Source: Patescibacteria group bacterium
GTDB lineage: Bacteria; Patescibacteriota; Minisyncoccia; Phycocordibacterales; SIBU01
Direction: 5' to 3'
Length of the DNA: 64,000 nt
Assembly (NCBI GenBank): GCA_040390045.1
Contig: JAZJZC010000002.1
Span: 101,113 to 165,112, forward strand
Part shown: in pieces, positions 38,229 to 45,427 of the stretch
Layout: every line of letters starts with the position of its first letter
Position numbering within the stretch: position 1 is the first letter of the stretch
Notes under the pieces: generated by a model
The model's database searches: none
What the model saw: only the letters and a program-made list of their open reading frames with translations
Told to the model about the DNA's origin: nothing
Made by a program: the position numbers and the translations under genes

Positions 38229-38513
38229 TCATGCTGAAAGTTGTCGTTCAAGTTCTGCAATAAGAAGCCGACTGTCTTCGCCCAGGTCCGGTGAGTAGAC
38301 TTCGACATCCAACCCAGTTTGGGAAGGTGTGGTGGCAGATTCAGCAGGATGTTCCAGCGAGGTTTTGAGAGCCCAAAAGCTGATGTTTCCCCTTACCCAA
38401 TTCCTCACTGCGTTCGGGTTGGATTTTATGTCCTGTTTTAGTTTTTCCTTACTCTCGGCTCGTGAATTGCCGAGGATTCGGGTGGCGGTCAACTCGATGG
38501 CTTTTGTGGTCAT
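38229..38513 (-). CDS. hypothetical small protein
   Basis: 94-aa ORF sitting between a bidirectional terminator and the rpmE promoter. No recognisable motif. Confidence 0.3.
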   Translation of the reverse strand: MTTKAIELTATRILGNSRAESKEKLKQDIKSNPNAVRNWVRGNISFWALKTSLEHPAESATTPSQTGLDVEVYSPDLGEDSRLLIAELERQLSA

Positions 38514-38567
38514 TTCTTTGTTATTTCCAAGGTTTTTCTAAAGCCGATACTAAGCTTTTCCCTACAT

Positions 38568-38596
38568 TTGTCAATTTTAAGTCTTTCTGCTAGACT
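38568..38596 (+). promoter_or_regulatory. sigma70-like promoter TTGTCA-N17-TAGACT for rpmE
   Basis: -35 at 38568-38573 and -10 at 38591-38596, with ATG at 38622. Confidence 0.45.
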
Positions 38597-38621
38597 GCTC
38601 CTATCCGTAATTCACATCTAT

Positions 38622-38852
38622 ATGAAAAAAGACACCCACCCACAATATTTTGCAAAAGCTACTGTTACCTGCGCCTGCGGTAACGTTTTTCACATTGGCT
38701 CTACTAAAGAGAAGATTGATGTTGAAATCTGCAGTGCTTGCCACCCTTTTTATACTGGAAACGATAAGGTTATCGATACCGCCGGTCGCGTTGAACGATT
38801 CAAATCTCGCGCCGCTAAAGTTGCAACAAAGGTTAGCAAAAAGACGAAGTAG
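38622..38852 (+). CDS. rpmE: ribosomal protein L31
   Basis: [46 protein letters not shown] (CxxC...CxxC zinc-ribbon form). Confidence 0.85.
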   Translation: MKKDTHPQYFAKATVTCACGNVFHIGSTKEKIDVEICSACHPFYTGNDKVIDTAGRVERFKSRAAKVATKVSKKTK

Positions 38853-38862
38853 CTTCTCCGGC

Positions 38863-38960
38863 TATACGAAAGGGGTACGAAAATACGAAAAAATACGAAA
38901 GCTTTTTTGGTACCATCACGGTTTTCGTATAGTTTCGTATTTTCGTAATTTACTTTCGTA
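38863..38960. repeat. R1 palindromic intergenic element (copy 4)
   Basis: ctaTACGAAaggggTACGAAaaTACGAAaaaaTACGAAagcttttttggtaccatcacggttttcgtatagtttcgtattttcgtaatttactttcgta. It runs right up to the prfA ATG. Confidence 0.7.
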
Positions 38961-38961
38961 T

Positions 38962-39921
38962 ATGGATTTAGAACCCTATAAAAAAAATCAAAAGACTAGC
39001 TATCTGGCAGAACGGTATGAAGCTCTCGTTAAGGAAGAACAAGAGCTTTTAAAAATGGCTGAAAAAGACCCTGGGTTAAAAGAATTGACCGAAGAAGAAC
39101 TTTCGGCTATTCGTGCTGAACAAAAAATTCTGGCCGATCAAATGCAGAAAAATCTGGCTGAAGATGAGGTCGAGGAGGAATTTCCAAGAGAAGCCATTCT
39201 TGAAGTTCGAGCTGGGGCTGGTGGGGAGGAAGCCGCACTTTTTGCCGAAGAGCTTGCCATCATGTACAAAAAGTACGCCGAGACCGTTGGTTGGTCTTGG
39301 AAAACGGTTTCTCAATCGGAAAGTTCTCTTGGTGGTTACAAAGAAGCCACATTTGAAATTTCTGGAGATGATGTGTATAAAAAATTACGTTTTGAAACCG
39401 GAGTTCATCGAATTCAGCGGGTTCCAGCTACGGAAAAAATTGGCCGCGTGCATACCTCAACCGCTTCGGTGGCGGTTCTCCCAATTCGTAAAAAAGTTTC
39501 ATTTGAGATCAACCCGGTTGATTTGGAAATGGAATTTTCGCGTTCAGGTGGAGCCGGCGGACAAAATGTTAACAAGGTGGAAACAGCAGTGCGCCTCATT
39601 CACAAGCCTACCGGACTTGATGTGCGTTCAACGTCCGAAAGAAGTCAGGTGAAAAACCGAGAAAAGGCTTTGGCGATTTTGTCGGCCAAAATTTTGGCGC
39701 TGAAAGAGGAGGAGGAAGCCAAAAAATACGCCGGTGTGCGTAAAAATCAAATCGGTACCGGCGATCGTTCCGAAAAAATCAGAACCTACAACGTTTTACA
39801 GGATCGCGTAACCGATCACCGAATTAAAGAATCATGGCACAATATTGCCGGAATTTTCGAGGGAAATATTGGTGCGATTATCGAAGCTCTTTCCGCAGAG
39901 GCAGAAAAAAACTCAAATTAA
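38962..39921 (+). CDS. prfA: peptide chain release factor 1
   Basis: Start [25 protein letters not shown] (PxT tripeptide) and GGQ motif ([11 protein letters not shown]). The longer listed ORF from 38650 reads through rpmE and the R1 repeat and is rejected. Confidence 0.85.
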   Translation: MDLEPYKKNQKTSYLAERYEALVKEEQELLKMAEKDPGLKELTEEELSAIRAEQKILADQMQKNLAEDEVEEEFPREAILEVRAGAGGEEAALFAEELAIMYKKYAETVGWSWKTVSQSESSLGGYKEATFEISGDDVYKKLRFETGVHRIQRVPATEKIGRVHTSTASVAVLPIRKKVSFEINPVDLEMEFSRSGGAGGQNVNKVETAVRLIHKPTGLDVRSTSERSQVKNREKALAILSAKILALKEEEEAKKYAGVRKNQIGTGDRSEKIRTYNVLQDRVTDHRIKESWHNIAGIFEGNIGAIIEALSAEAEKNSN

Positions 39922-40011
39922 AATATTATTCGCCATAAGGCGTGCCCACTCCTCGTAGGACTCGGAGTCCTCGATTTTGCAACCACAGAATACTGTGGGC
40001 AAAATTGGGAT

Positions 40012-40040
40012 TTGCATCAGGAATAATTATCTGCTATATT
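40012..40040 (+). promoter_or_regulatory. promoter TTGCAT-N17-TATATT for rpsB (near-leaderless)
   Basis: The -10 ends 8 nt before ATG 40049. Upstream palindromes lie at 39957-39971 and 39982-39997. Confidence 0.4.
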
Positions 40041-40048
40041 CATGTCTC

Positions 40049-40780
40049 ATGACAACGTCAAAAACCCAATCACATAGCACCGAAACTATCGATTCAATGT
40101 TTAAGGCCGGAGCCCACTACGCTTTTTCTCGTTCTCGACGACACCCAACTTTGGCACCATTTATTTTCGGTGTTAAGAATCATGTTGAAATTTTCGACTT
40201 GGAAAAGACCAATGAACTCCTTGAAAAGGCCAAAGATTTTGTAAGAACACTCGCAACCGAAGGCAAGCAGATTTTGCTCGTCGGCGGTAAAAGTGAGGCC
40301 CGCGATGCTATCAAGCGAGCGGCAGCTGAACTCGACATGCCATACGTTGTTGACCGCTGGCTCGGAGGTACACTCTCAAACTTTAAAGAAATTCGATCCC
40401 GCGTCGAGAAGCTTCTTGATTTGACCGCTAAACGCGAGAAAGGAGAACTTTCCAAATATACAAAAAAAGAACGACTTTTGATTGATCGCGAAATCGAGAA
40501 GCTCGAGCGATTTTTCTCAGGTCTTGTCCCAATGAAAGAATTGCCAAAAGCTCTTTTTGTCATTGACTCAAAACACGAACACATCGCAGTGACCGAAGCC
40601 AGAAAAGCTGGTATTCCTGTAATCGCTCTTATGGGTTCGGACTGCAATATTAAAACTGTTGATTATGCTATTCCAGGAAACGACGCTTCAATCGCTAGTG
40701 TGGCCTTTTTTGTGGATCAGATCGTGTGGGCATACAAGGAGGGTAGAAATGAAAAGCTAAAGAAGGCACAAAACGCGTAA
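40049..40780 (+). CDS. rpsB: ribosomal protein S2
   Basis: MTTSKTQSHSTETIDSMFKAGAHYAFSRSRRHPTLAPFIFG...IDSKHEHIAVTEARKAGIPVIAL. Confidence 0.85.
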   Translation: MTTSKTQSHSTETIDSMFKAGAHYAFSRSRRHPTLAPFIFGVKNHVEIFDLEKTNELLEKAKDFVRTLATEGKQILLVGGKSEARDAIKRAAAELDMPYVVDRWLGGTLSNFKEIRSRVEKLLDLTAKREKGELSKYTKKERLLIDREIEKLERFFSGLVPMKELPKALFVIDSKHEHIAVTEARKAGIPVIALMGSDCNIKTVDYAIPGNDASIASVAFFVDQIVWAYKEGRNEKLKKAQNA

Positions 40781-40848
40781 CACGTAGCATGGAGCATAAG
40801 ACAGGGACACTATGTTCCATGTTGTGTGCTCCATGTTCCATGAACACC
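40774..40848. repeat. R2 palindromic element between rpsB and tsf
   Basis: cgcgtaacacgtagcatggagcataagacagggacactatgttccatgttgtgtgctccatgttccatgaacacc. It overlaps the rpsB stop and supplies the false MEHKTGTL... extension on tsf. Confidence 0.65.
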
Positions 40849-41436
40849 ATGATTACAACAGAACAAATTAAAGAACTTCGCGACTCAACTGGGATTTCAG
40901 TGATGCAATGCAAGAAAGCTTTGGAAGAAGCTCAGGGTGACATGGAAAAGGCACTTGTGATTTTGAGGAAGAAAGGCGCAGATATTGCTAACAAAAAATC
41001 AGATAGAACCTTAGGAGCGGGGATTATCGCTTCATATGTTCACAGTAATGGCCTTGTAGGATCCATCGTTGAACTTTCCTGTGAGACCGATTTCGTTGCC
41101 AAAAATCAGGAATTTAAAACCTTGGCGTATGATTTGGCGATGCATGTTGCCGCCAGCAATCCTACCTATCTCAAACCTCAGGATATTACTGAAGAGGCGA
41201 AAGCAAAGGCTCGAGAAGTTTTTGCTAAAGAAATTGTTGGAAAGCCTGCGGCTATGCAAGAAAAAATTATGGAAGGTAAGCTTCAGTCATACTTTGGCGA
41301 AGCCACACTCCTTGATCAGTCATTTATTAAAAATCCAGATTTGACTGTTCAAGGGTTGATTCAATCAGCCATACAAAAATTCGGTGAAAAAATAGAAGTG
41401 AGCCGATTCGTTAGATTTGGGGTTTTGGAAAAATAA
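40849..41436 (+). CDS. tsf: elongation factor Ts
   Basis: Start MITTEQIKELRDSTGISVMQCKKALEEAQGDMEKALVIL (UBA-like N-terminus). 195 aa. Confidence 0.85.
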   Translation: MITTEQIKELRDSTGISVMQCKKALEEAQGDMEKALVILRKKGADIANKKSDRTLGAGIIASYVHSNGLVGSIVELSCETDFVAKNQEFKTLAYDLAMHVAASNPTYLKPQDITEEAKAKAREVFAKEIVGKPAAMQEKIMEGKLQSYFGEATLLDQSFIKNPDLTVQGLIQSAIQKFGEKIEVSRFVRFGVLEK

Positions 41437-41454
41437 CCAGCTCTTAAAATGTAT

Positions 41455-41854
41455 GTATATTCTCGATCTCAGTGTGATAATTGTTTCTACGATCGGGGGT
41501 CTGTCTCTTTTTTTGGTTAAGTTTTTTGAAATAAAATCTGGCCAGCCGGGGGTTTTGACTCGCGTAAGCCTTTTTGCTGATCCAACATTTTCGGCATTTG
41601 GCAGTAAGCTCAGAAGGTTTTGGTTGGAGTTGGAAAATTTTCCGTTCAGAAAAGTGCTACACCAGTTTATTCAGGGAGTTTTCCATCTTTTCGGAGTCAC
41701 GGGTTTGTTTATTGCGAAGTACCACAAGCAGTTTATAAACAGTAAGAGACAGATCAATGAAAAAGGGGTAGTTTCCTTTTTTCTTAAAGATGTGGCAGAA
41801 TCGAGAGAGAGTAAGACAGATCACGGAACACAGAACACAGATCATAAAATGTAA
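41455..41854 (+). CDS. hypothetical small membrane protein (uncertain)
   Basis: MYILDLSVIIVSTIGGLSLFLVKFF... in an ORF that ends inside an R2 repeat. The start is ambiguous; the listed ORF overlaps the tsf end. Confidence 0.25.
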
Positions 41855-41899
41855 GAGAGAAAAATGTTTCGTGGTCCGTGTTCTGTGGTCTGTAACGTG
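41822..41899. repeat. R2 palindromic element abutting tRNA-Thr
   Basis: cacggaacacagaacacag ... gtggtccgtgttctgtggtctgtaacgtg. It ends 7 nt before the tRNA. Confidence 0.6.
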
Positions 41900-41906
41900 A
41901 AAGAAT

Positions 41907-41982
41907 GCCACCCTAGCTCAGTTGGTAGAGCGCCACTTTTGTAAAGTGGATGTCGTCAGTTCGAATCTGACGGGTGGCTCCA
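41907..41982 (+). tRNA. tRNA-Thr (anticodon UGU), CCA encoded
   Basis: Manual fold. 7-bp acceptor gccaccc/gggtggc. D-arm tagctcagttggtagagc. Anticodon stem ccact/agtgg with loop tTTGTAa. T-arm gtcag-ttcgaat-ctgac. Discriminator t, then cca. Confidence 0.85.
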
Positions 41983-42029
41983 CTAAATTAAATCTGTAAC
42001 TTTTTTCTATCTGTTGAGTTCTAACTTGT

Positions 42030-42401
42030 ATGCAAACTCAAAATATAAGTTTAGTTAGGAGGAAAGCTTTTATACATGCGGGCATAGCGGCGTCATATGT
42101 GATGTTAGTGGTTTTATTTTTGTTTTACGTTCCGGAGTTTTTCCAGCCAACATTTAGTCTTCTTATTCCCATTTGCATGCTGATGCTTTTTGTTCTCTCA
42201 GCTGCCGTTATGGGTATTTTGGTTTTTGGGCAGCCAATCTTGTGGTATCTCGATGGCAAAAAACAAGAAGCTATTTCTTTGCTTATGTATACACTCGGCA
42301 TCTTTTTCTGTATTTGGGTTGTGGTGCTCGGTGTAATTGGCATCTATTCCACCCAAGTTAAGCCCTCTGGAGATTCAGAGAATTCTATAGGGTTTGAGTA
42401 G
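42030..42401 (+). CDS. hypothetical membrane protein
   Basis: 123 aa with three or four hydrophobic helices. Confidence 0.35.
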   Translation: MQTQNISLVRRKAFIHAGIAASYVMLVVLFLFYVPEFFQPTFSLLIPICMLMLFVLSAAVMGILVFGQPILWYLDGKKQEAISLLMYTLGIFFCIWVVVLGVIGIYSTQVKPSGDSENSIGFE

Positions 42402-43029
42402 TTGAACTAGCCTCGCGAAGTTCTGGTAAAAGTTTCTTAATCTCTTCAATAGTTTGGAACCCAGTGTACGGTTTATTTTTTATGACGATCGCCGGCAGTT
42501 TCTTGCCGATGCCGTAGACTGAGGCTAGAGTCTTAAGAGCAGAAACGTCCAGGTTGTAATCAAAAGAATATACGCGGAGCTCAGGGTAGTGTTCTCTGAG
42601 ATAGGTAAGAACGTAGCCTTCTCTGTCACAGTCGGGACAATCACTTTCATAAAAATATAAAATTGGAATAGGTTTTTCTTCACAATCTTTTAATTTTTTC
42701 GTGAGGATATAATCTTTGATTTCCAGTATCGAGTAATATTTTTTAAGATCAAGCACCTCGCTATTGTCCACGCCAAATTTTTCTTGACTGTAATTAATTT
42801 TTTCACCAAGATCATCCATCTCTTTTGAAAGGGTGGAATTTTTAATATCCGGGCAGGAAATTTCACCAAGCAAAGCAAATTGGGTTTCAGAGGAGAGGAT
42901 GTCGATAGAAATTTTGTTTCCCGCGTCCTTAAGTTCCTGAATTTTTCTATCACTGAAAAAATTGCCGATATACAGAGCGGTGACAAAGATAAGAGCGGTT
43001 ATGAGGAATGCGTATAAATATTTTTTCAT
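42385..43029 (-). CDS. membrane-anchored thioredoxin-like protein (CPDC active-site motif)
   Basis: N-terminal TM helix, then ...ILYFYESDCPDCDREGYVLTYL in a thioredoxin-fold-like context. 214 aa. Confidence 0.5.
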   Translation of the reverse strand: MKKYLYAFLITALIFVTALYIGNFFSDRKIQELKDAGNKISIDILSSETQFALLGEISCPDIKNSTLSKEMDDLGEKINYSQEKFGVDNSEVLDLKKYYSILEIKDYILTKKLKDCEEKPIPILYFYESDCPDCDREGYVLTYLREHYPELRVYSFDYNLDVSALKTLASVYGIGKKLPAIVIKNKPYTGFQTIEEIKKLLPELREASSTTQTL

Positions 43030-43049
43030 ATTGATTATAATTTTAGCTT

Positions 43050-43095
43050 TTTTCGAATTTCGGATTTGAGATTTCGTGCTTACACGTTTCGTGTT
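43050..43095. repeat. half-copy of the R1-related motif (ttcgaatttcggatttgagatttcgtgcttacacgtttcgtg)
   Basis: Shares ttcgaatttcg and atttcgtgctta with the element at 33650-33681. Confidence 0.4.
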
Positions 43096-43096
43096 G

Positions 43097-44338
43097 TTAT
43101 CTCCAACTTGTATTTTTAGATAAAACTACGAGATAAATAGCTTTTGATAGCCATGCGATAGAAAAAATGCCGTATACCAAAGGAAAATATAAAGTATGAA
43201 AAGAGAAATGGTTGTTTTTAGTATCTGAGATTTGTTTACCGAGCGTGACGAGAAGGATGGTTGAGAGGAAGAGTAGTAGCCCCAGAAACATTTTTGAATC
43301 AGTATTGATGAAAAACCAATCAAAATGAAAGCCGTTCCAGACCCAATTAAAACCAATGGTTTTAATTTCTGTATATTTATCAGCAACCATTCTCAGGATA
43401 TTTATTGATACCATGCCAACGGAGACCATGAAAAGCACGATACCAACGACCGACATCGGAAGCATAAAAAGTCCCAAGTGTTTGTGTTTTGGATTGAAAA
43501 ACATCGAACGATAATCGATTGAGTTGGCAAGAAAACCGCTCACCCAGCGAACTCGTTGGCGGTAGAGTTTAGCGAAAGACCCTGGTCCAACCGTGTAGAC
43601 GACAGCGTCGTGCGCGTTGCCGATACGATAACCATTTTTCTGCATGCGCATAGCAATCTCCAAGTCTTCGGTATTGTGAGCTTCGTGGAATAATCCAAGA
43701 TTATCAAAAACTGTTTTTCGAAAAATAGAAAAGGGCCCGGGAGTCACGGTGATTGCATCGAGCATGCTGAAAGATTTTTTCATAAAAATACCCAGGTTGT
43801 ATTCGTTGCTTTGAACATGGCGGATCATTCGGTCAGGCTCGAAAATTTTAATGGCCGGTGTTACTGCCATGATTTTTTGATTTTCAAAATGGGGAATAAT
43901 TTTCGTCAGCGTATCTGGTGGGACAAATGAATCGGCGTCGAGACATCCGACAAGCTCGGTTTCCGTTTTACGGATGGCGGCATTAAGCGCGGTATATTTC
44001 CCTCCATTTTTTTTATTGATGACCTCGATCCGTTTGTTCCATCGGAAAGTTTTCAATACACCGGCTGTGTCATCGGTTGAACCGTCATTAACTGCAATAA
44101 TTTTCAATTTGTCTTTCGGGTAGTCTAATTTTAACAGTGAGTAGATTGTTTTACTGATGGTTTTTTCTTCGTTGAATGCAGGCACAATGATAGTAACTGA
44201 TGGAAGAATCGACGATAACTTGATTTTCTCACCGCCTTTTTCAGTGCGGTTTTCCAAAAAGCTGATCAGCAAAAAAACTTCAAAGTACAATGACGTGAAA
44301 AAAGAAATATAGAGAATGATGTTAGAAATTTGACTCAT
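43097..44338 (-). CDS. family-2 glycosyltransferase (processive, QxxRW type; polytopic membrane)
   Basis: Start MSQISNIILY. IIVPAFNEE ... NDGSTDDT ... LDADSF ... QRVRWVSG motifs, with C-terminal TM helices. Confidence 0.7.
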   Translation of the reverse strand: MSQISNIILYISFFTSLYFEVFLLISFLENRTEKGGEKIKLSSILPSVTIIVPAFNEEKTISKTIYSLLKLDYPKDKLKIIAVNDGSTDDTAGVLKTFRWNKRIEVINKKNGGKYTALNAAIRKTETELVGCLDADSFVPPDTLTKIIPHFENQKIMAVTPAIKIFEPDRMIRHVQSNEYNLGIFMKKSFSMLDAITVTPGPFSIFRKTVFDNLGLFHEAHNTEDLEIAMRMQKNGYRIGNAHDAVVYTVGPGSFAKLYRQRVRWVSGFLANSIDYRSMFFNPKHKHLGLFMLPMSVVGIVLFMVSVGMVSINILRMVADKYTEIKTIGFNWVWNGFHFDWFFINTDSKMFLGLLLFLSTILLVTLGKQISDTKNNHFSFHTLYFPLVYGIFSIAWLSKAIYLVVLSKNTSWR

Positions 44339-44469
44339 TGTAAGGGTTTGGCCCCTGTGTTTTCCTAGTCTACTGCATCGCAAGCTCTAACTCAAGGTAG
44401 GTAGGGCGCTTTCGCACACGCTATGCATGGGTTGCGCTTGGGTTGTGTGGTTTCAAAATTAGACTCAAA

Positions 44470-44511
44470 AGCAACACACTAATTCATTGCTATAGCAATG
44501 AATTAGTGTGT
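44470..44511. promoter_or_regulatory. perfect 19-bp-arm palindrome (aacacactaattcattgc tat agcaatgaattagtgtgtt) upstream of pheS
   Basis: Seen directly in the sequence. It lies between divergent-orientation genes and may be a bidirectional terminator or an operator. Confidence 0.4.
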
Positions 44512-44573
44512 TTGAAGTTTTCAAGGATTCTTAATGTTTGGGCGTATTTCTCCTTTTTCTTCTTTACTATATA

Positions 44574-45380
44574 ATGACTGCTATGCAGGACAAGGAACAG
44601 GTTGCACAAGGACATATTCACCCGATTTCACGGGCGATTTTTGATATTCGAACAATCTTTGCCGAACTGGGTTTTGCTGTTGCGGTGGGACCTGAAATGG
44701 AGGATGAGTGGCACAATTTTGACGCGCTTAATATTCCTAAAGATCATCCGGCACGCGATATGCAGGACACCTTCTGGCTCAAGAATGCGGAACAGACGCA
44801 GAACAACGCAGAACGAACGCCGAAGAATACCCACGAAAATTTTCCGCATCAGTCCGCGTCCATTCCGCGCAGTTCTGCACTTCTGCGTACTCATACAAGT
44901 CCGGTACAAATAAGATATATGGAAAAAAAACTCGAAGCTGGCATACAGCCGCCATATCGAATTATCGTGCCAGGAAAAGTTTTTAGAAATGAAGCCACGG
45001 ACGCTACTCACGAAGCGCAATTTTTTCAGGTTGAGGGGTTGTATGTTGATAAAAATGTTTCTATGGCTCACTTGAAAGGTGTTCTTGAGTTTTTCTTTAA
45101 AAAGTTTTTCGGCAACGATGTAGTCATTCGATTTCGTCCAAGTTTTTTTGCGTTCACCGAGCCGTCGGTGGAAGTTGATATGAAATTTAAGGGCAAATGG
45201 CTTGAAATGATGGGAGCAGGGCTCGTGCATCCAAACGTTTTAAAGGCCGCAGGCGTGCCGGAAGGCTTTAGTGGGTTTGCTTTCGGCGGAGGCATTGATC
45301 GAATGGTGATGGTGAAGTACGGCATCACCGATATTCGATTACTGTATTCCGGAGATTTGCGCTTAGTTAATCAGTTCTAA
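44574..45380 (+). CDS. pheS: phenylalanine-tRNA ligase alpha subunit (short form) with in-frame repeat insertion
   Basis: Start MTAMQDKEQ immediately after tataat (leaderless?). Class II motifs FRNEATDATHEAQFFQVEG and GFAFGGGIDRMVMVKYGI. About 30 extra residues between DTFWL and LLRTHTSPVQ. Confidence 0.85.
   Translation: MTAMQDKEQVAQGHIHPISRAIFDIRTIFAELGFAVAVGPEMEDEWHNFDALNIPKDHPARDMQDTFWLKNAEQTQNNAERTPKNTHENFPHQSASIPRSSALLRTHTSPVQIRYMEKKLEAGIQPPYRIIVPGKVFRNEATDATHEAQFFQVEGLYVDKNVSMAHLKGVLEFFFKKFFGNDVVIRFRPSFFAFTEPSVEVDMKFKGKWLEMMGAGLVHPNVLKAAGVPEGFSGFAFGGGIDRMVMVKYGITDIRLLYSGDLRLVNQF
44786..44882 (+). repeat. R2-like palindromic insertion inside the pheS reading frame
   Basis: tgcggaacagacgcagaacaacgcagaacgaacg ... 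cgcatcagtccgcgtccattccgcgcagttctgca. It encodes NAEQTQNNAERTPKNTHENFPHQSASIPRSSA without breaking the frame. Confidence 0.55.
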
Positions 45381-45421
45381 AATAGATTTAAGATTTAGGA
45401 TTAAAGATTTAAGAATAAGAA
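45376..45421. repeat. R3 motif copy (atagatttaagatttaggattaaagatttaagaataag)
   Basis: Near-identical to 38133-38175. Sits in the pheS-pheT spacer. Confidence 0.5.
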
Positions 45422-45427
45422 AAAATA

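Noticed and set aside
21745-38960. Possibility that the R1/R2/R3 repeats are a CRISPR array
   Set aside because: Copies are dispersed across 17 kb in separate intergenic regions. They are palindromic, with variable length and internal structure. There are no regularly spaced direct repeats with unique spacers and no cas genes.
38650-38961. Long N-terminal extension of the prfA ORF (listed as 38650..39921)
   Set aside because: The extension reads, in another frame, through the rpmE coding sequence and the R1 repeat. RF1 homology begins at MDLEPYKK (38962).
40789-40848. 'MEHKTGTLCSMLCAPCSMNT' N-terminal extension of tsf, and the similar 'MEHRTQN...' on the pilin-like gene at 29967
   Set aside because: Both are encoded by R2 palindromic repeat sequence (CATGGAGCA gives ATG-GAG-CA). 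Canonical N-termini begin at 40849 and 30051.
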